Shown: positions 60,583 through 64,000 of the stretch, piece after piece
How the letters are laid out: every line of letters starts with the position of its first letter
Numbering within the stretch: position 1 is the stretch's first letter
Assembly (NCBI GenBank): GCA_937996665.1
Contig: CALKUU010000263.1
Location: 1,337-65,336, forward strand
DNA: 64,000 nt
DNA from: an uncultured Xenococcaceae cyanobacterium
Lineage (GTDB): Bacteria > Cyanobacteriota > Cyanobacteriia > Cyanobacteriales > Xenococcaceae
Direction of reading: 5' to 3'
Notes under the pieces: model-generated
Told to the model about the DNA's origin: nothing
The model's database searches: none
What the model saw: the letters and a program-made list of their open reading frames with translations, nothing else
Made by a program: the position numbers and the translations under genes

Positions 60583-62292
60583 ATGATTACTCAAGTAGAT
60601 AATTCGAATCTTTTTACAAACGCTACTATTACTAATAGTTGGAATGGTGGTTATAAGTTAGTAGTAGATATTACCTCAGACTCTACGGTTGACGATTGGA
60701 TCTTGAACTTCGACCTTCCCCACACGATTAGAGGCGCATATGGTGGAATAGATTTAGTTGACAATGGCAATGGTAGCTATAGCATCAGCGGAAATAATGC
60801 AAGAAGAAGAGATTTAGACCCAGGTGAAACTGCTAGAGCTGTTTTTATTATTGATTATGCTGATGGTGAGGACATAATTCCTGAATTTAATATTGATCCT
60901 CTTTTAAACCGTTCTTCAGCAGTAACAAGCTCCTTACAAGCAGAAGATATTGTTTCAAACGCAGTAGCCTCAAATAGTTCAACTCCAGTTTCTAGTTCCA
61001 CAGATACAATTACCCAAGATGTAGATACTTCCGCTGATATAGCTACTGAGTCATCTGATAGTCCTGTGTCCGCTTCTTCTCGTATTACTAACGATTGGAA
61101 CGGTGGTTATAAAATTGAAGTAGATATTTCCGCAGAATCAGCTACTGATGACTGGACATTAAACTTTGATTTTCCTTATCAAATTAGAAATGCTTATGGA
61201 GTAGATCTGACTGATAACGGAAACGGAACCTACTCTATTAGTGGTCAACGTAGTGGTCAGGATCTAAGTGCAGGGGAATCAACTAGAGCAGTATTCATAA
61301 TTAATGATGGTGGTAATGATGCTGTTGCACCTACTTTTGGTGGTGGTTCAAGCTCTGCCCCTGCGGTTGTTGCTTCTCCAGTAAGTACTCCTGTGGCTAG
61401 TCCTGCTCCTTCTGTAACGACTACGCCAGCAGTAAGCGCACCAATTATGCCAGTTGTACAGGCTCCCTTAGCAGTTGCAGAGTCGCCTCTAGCTCAGGGT
61501 CAAGATCAGGATCTATCAAATCAAAATCTTAGCTCTAGTGCCATCACAGTAGGGTTTGAACGCCATAACGTAGGAACAAGATATACTCAAGCCGTTCAAA
61601 GACTGGATTGGGCAAATCCTCGTTTCTCTACTAATGGAATGAATGACCTTTCTCAAATCTCGAATAGATTTGCTCGTTCTGGGAATCAATCTTTGAGAAT
61701 TACCTATCCGTCATCTGAGTCTAGCGGTCGGAATGCTGCTTGGGTAGTTCCTGAAGAGAAAGAATACTATCTATCCTATTGGGTAAGACTAGACGAAAAC
61801 TTTGACTTTGATGGAGATAGATTTAGTGGTGGTAAATTGCCTGGACTAGGTGCTGGTGATTTATGTTCTGGTGGTCAAACTTGTAATGGAACTAACGGAT
61901 TTACATCTCGTCCTCACTGGCGCGAAAATGGTAGAGCGGTTCTTTATCTATATCACCAAGATAAGCCCGGAAGATTTGGAGAAGACATTCAACTGGTTGG
62001 TCAAGATGGTAACGATATCTTCTTTGAGCGTGGTAGATGGACAAATATTACTCAACGAGTAAGAATCAACGACCAAGGTCAGAGAAATGGTTCTGTCGAT
62101 GTCTATTATGATGGCGAGCATGTTCTATCGAGAGATGGTTTACGCTTTGCTAGTGATGGTTCTGGAATTGATACCGCTTACTTTAGTACTTTCCATGGTG
62201 GAAGTGGCCCTGGTTGGACTCCTGGACAAGATACTAACGCTTACTTCGATGATTTCATTGTTTCCACTAATGCGGCTGATGTCGGTCTCTAA
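60583..62292 (+). CDS. CBM2-like x2, Ser/Thr/Pro linker, PL14-like polysaccharide lyase (copy 2)
   Basis: Same architecture and motifs as 57968-59698; high amino-acid identity. Confidence 0.75.
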   Translation: MITQVDNSNLFTNATITNSWNGGYKLVVDITSDSTVDDWILNFDLPHTIRGAYGGIDLVDNGNGSYSISGNNARRRDLDPGETARAVFIIDYADGEDIIPEFNIDPLLNRSSAVTSSLQAEDIVSNAVASNSSTPVSSSTDTITQDVDTSADIATESSDSPVSASSRITNDWNGGYKIEVDISAESATDDWTLNFDFPYQIRNAYGVDLTDNGNGTYSISGQRSGQDLSAGESTRAVFIINDGGNDAVAPTFGGGSSSAPAVVASPVSTPVASPAPSVTTTPAVSAPIMPVVQAPLAVAESPLAQGQDQDLSNQNLSSSAITVGFERHNVGTRYTQAVQRLDWANPRFSTNGMNDLSQISNRFARSGNQSLRITYPSSESSGRNAAWVVPEEKEYYLSYWVRLDENFDFDGDRFSGGKLPGLGAGDLCSGGQTCNGTNGFTSRPHWRENGRAVLYLYHQDKPGRFGEDIQLVGQDGNDIFFERGRWTNITQRVRINDQGQRNGSVDVYYDGEHVLSRDGLRFASDGSGIDTAYFSTFHGGSGPGWTPGQDTNAYFDDFIVSTNAADVGL

Positions 62293-62595
62293 TTTTCACA
62301 TCAAGAAAGAAGTTAATTTAGCAGAGAGTAACTACTTTCAACTCAAGAGATTCTTTATCGAGTTTTCAAAAGTTCAATTGGAATAAAACATCGCTTAATT
62401 CTCTAGTTATTCCTTTTTACACTTAGACGTTTACGTAAATTTAAAGACTAGCGATCGCAGTTGTCGCTATTGTCTGTAAAGCAGGTTTATCCGGTATTTA
62501 TCAAGTCATTAAATAATAGAGGGAATGTACCTGGAAATTGTTTCCCTCTATTAAAACCACAACTATTACAACTAAAAAATAGTACAAGCAAAAAG

Positions 62596-63528
62596 TTATT
62601 CGGTATACACTTCATGTTTGTAGTCTTGATAAAACACTCCCACAAGTCCCCCTAGGGTACCCATTCCCTGACTAATGCTAATTAGTGATTTTGCAATAAA
62701 TGCTTTACCCATTACCAATGAAGGAATTAAGCGAAAGATACCGATAAAAATGAGAGCAAATCCTTTGAGAAGGCGTATGAATTGAGTTGCAATTGAAGGA
62801 TACAATTCCATTTCAAAAGCACTGTAATTACTCCACATACGATAAGAGCGAAATAAAATCCACTTTAACTTGGTACGAGAAGCGGGGATATCATCATAAA
62901 CAACTGCATTATCTGCCCAAACTATTTTGTGACCTGCTTTAGTCAGATTCAAAAATAAATAAGAATCAGAGCCTCCAGATAAAGCGAAACGATGATCAAA
63001 GACGGGATTTAACTCCCGCAGGATATCGGCTTTGATCATTACGTTATTCGTGAAGGCTACTTCCTTCTCTTCCCCATCCTGATAACGTGGAGCCTCAAAA
63101 TATCCACAATTAAGAATCCATTCAGGAGCATGATTATCCTCAAAAATTGGCACTGCTGGACCTGTCACAATAGCTGCACCATGCTCTTGCTGTGCTACCA
63201 ACAGCTCTTCTAGCCAATTCTTCTCTGGAATTTCATCATCGTCAACAATAACTATAAAGTCGGAATTTTCAGAGGTCAGGGATATTGATTTATTCCGTGC
63301 ATAAGTTATCCCTCGCTGGGGTTCAACATCTGTCTTGAGAGTCCACTGAAATTCTGGTTCGATCTCAGCACAAACTTTTTTTGCTATCCCAGCATTGTCA
63401 TTATCAACAACTATAACCTCAATGTCGGGACGTTCAATTTTAGTAAAGGTCAACTTATTTAATCCCTTTAGTAAAAGCTTTAATCCTTTTTCCCTTTTGT
63501 AAGTTATTACGCATACCGAAATTAGCAT
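62596..63528 (-). CDS. GT2 family glycosyltransferase (start revised to the ATG at 63528)
   Basis: MLISVCVITY, VIVVDND, GITYARN, FIVIVDDDE, GGSDSYLF. Confidence 0.88.
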   Translation of the reverse strand: MLISVCVITYKREKGLKLLLKGLNKLTFTKIERPDIEVIVVDNDNAGIAKKVCAEIEPEFQWTLKTDVEPQRGITYARNKSISLTSENSDFIVIVDDDEIPEKNWLEELLVAQQEHGAAIVTGPAVPIFEDNHAPEWILNCGYFEAPRYQDGEEKEVAFTNNVMIKADILRELNPVFDHRFALSGGSDSYLFLNLTKAGHKIVWADNAVVYDDIPASRTKLKWILFRSYRMWSNYSAFEMELYPSIATQFIRLLKGFALIFIGIFRLIPSLVMGKAFIAKSLISISQGMGTLGGLVGVFYQDYKHEVYTE

Positions 63529-63941
63529 AGCAGTTAATTTTTGTTGTTGTTGATGTTGGTTCTGATGAATATATTTTAGTTCAAATTTCGTTGGAATTAA
63601 GTAGGCATTATGTAAATTACTATACAAAAAGAACAATCTATGAATCTAGAAAATCTAGTAAATATCCGCTTGCCTAAATCAACATAATTTGAATCAATAA
63701 ATGATCCTCAACCTTGTCTTTAATGTTCTGCTGAAGAATAATCAACAATCACCAAGAAATCTAAGACGATTTCCGCAAAATCAGATTAAATGTCAATTAT
63801 TTTTTGCGGCTTTTATTTTTCAGAAGAATTATCCTCTGTTACTTTTACTATCAAAGATAATGCAAGTGAAGTAACTATAAATAGCTGACTGTGTTGTTGC
63901 TTATTTATGTTGAAAAATTTTTCTTGAGAAAAGCCTACAAT

Positions 63942-64000
63942 TTAAAAATCAAAAAATATCCAAATTGTCTCCAGAATACCAACAATTAGGCGCTGAATAT
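63942..64000 (-). CDS. Possible 3' end of an upstream gene entering from the window edge
   Basis: Open frame ...IQRLIVGILETIWIFFDF* ending at 63942; too short to confirm. Confidence 0.25.
   Translation of the reverse strand, partial: IQRLIVGILETIWIFFDF

Larger units (their letters stand above)
1..64000. repeat. HIP1 octamer GCGATCGC dispersed throughout
   Basis: Many copies, e.g. 251-258, 31551-31558, 34169-34176; hallmark of most cyanobacterial genomes. Confidence 0.95.

Noticed and set aside
63529-63636. Gln-rich N-terminal extension of GT2 in the ORF track
   Set aside because: It arises from an upstream (TTG)n tract; the family-typical start is MLISVCVITY at 63528.
1-64000. tRNA, rRNA, CRISPR arrays, prophage or integrase genes
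   Set aside because: None recognised on either strand.

Overview
AT-rich cyanobacterial chromosomal window, dense in HIP1 (GCGATCGC) octamers. It is mostly core genes: pabB (partial), cysC, a phycobilisome cluster (cpcG, cpcS, an nblA missing from the ORF track, ho1, rpaA), ppc, crtH, a ClpC paralog, ndhN, photolyase, sdhC, priA, sigE, trhO and panB. Accessory elements are an apparently intact IS605-group element (divergent tnpA/tnpB with matching end hairpins), an oligopeptidase B gene flanked by a 91-bp duplicated photolyase fragment ending at a HIP1 site, an orphan Dam-type methylase and an FG-GAP repeat protein. The right end holds a ~2.6-kb tandem duplication of a CBM2-CBM2-polysaccharide lyase gene next to a GT2 gene. 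The most unusual signal is a strand-specific array of TCAC tetramers phased every 22-23 bp upstream of both lyase copies (about 14 slots before copy 2, 6 before copy 1) with otherwise unique spacers. All assignments are by motif recognition and manual alignment; no database searches were run.
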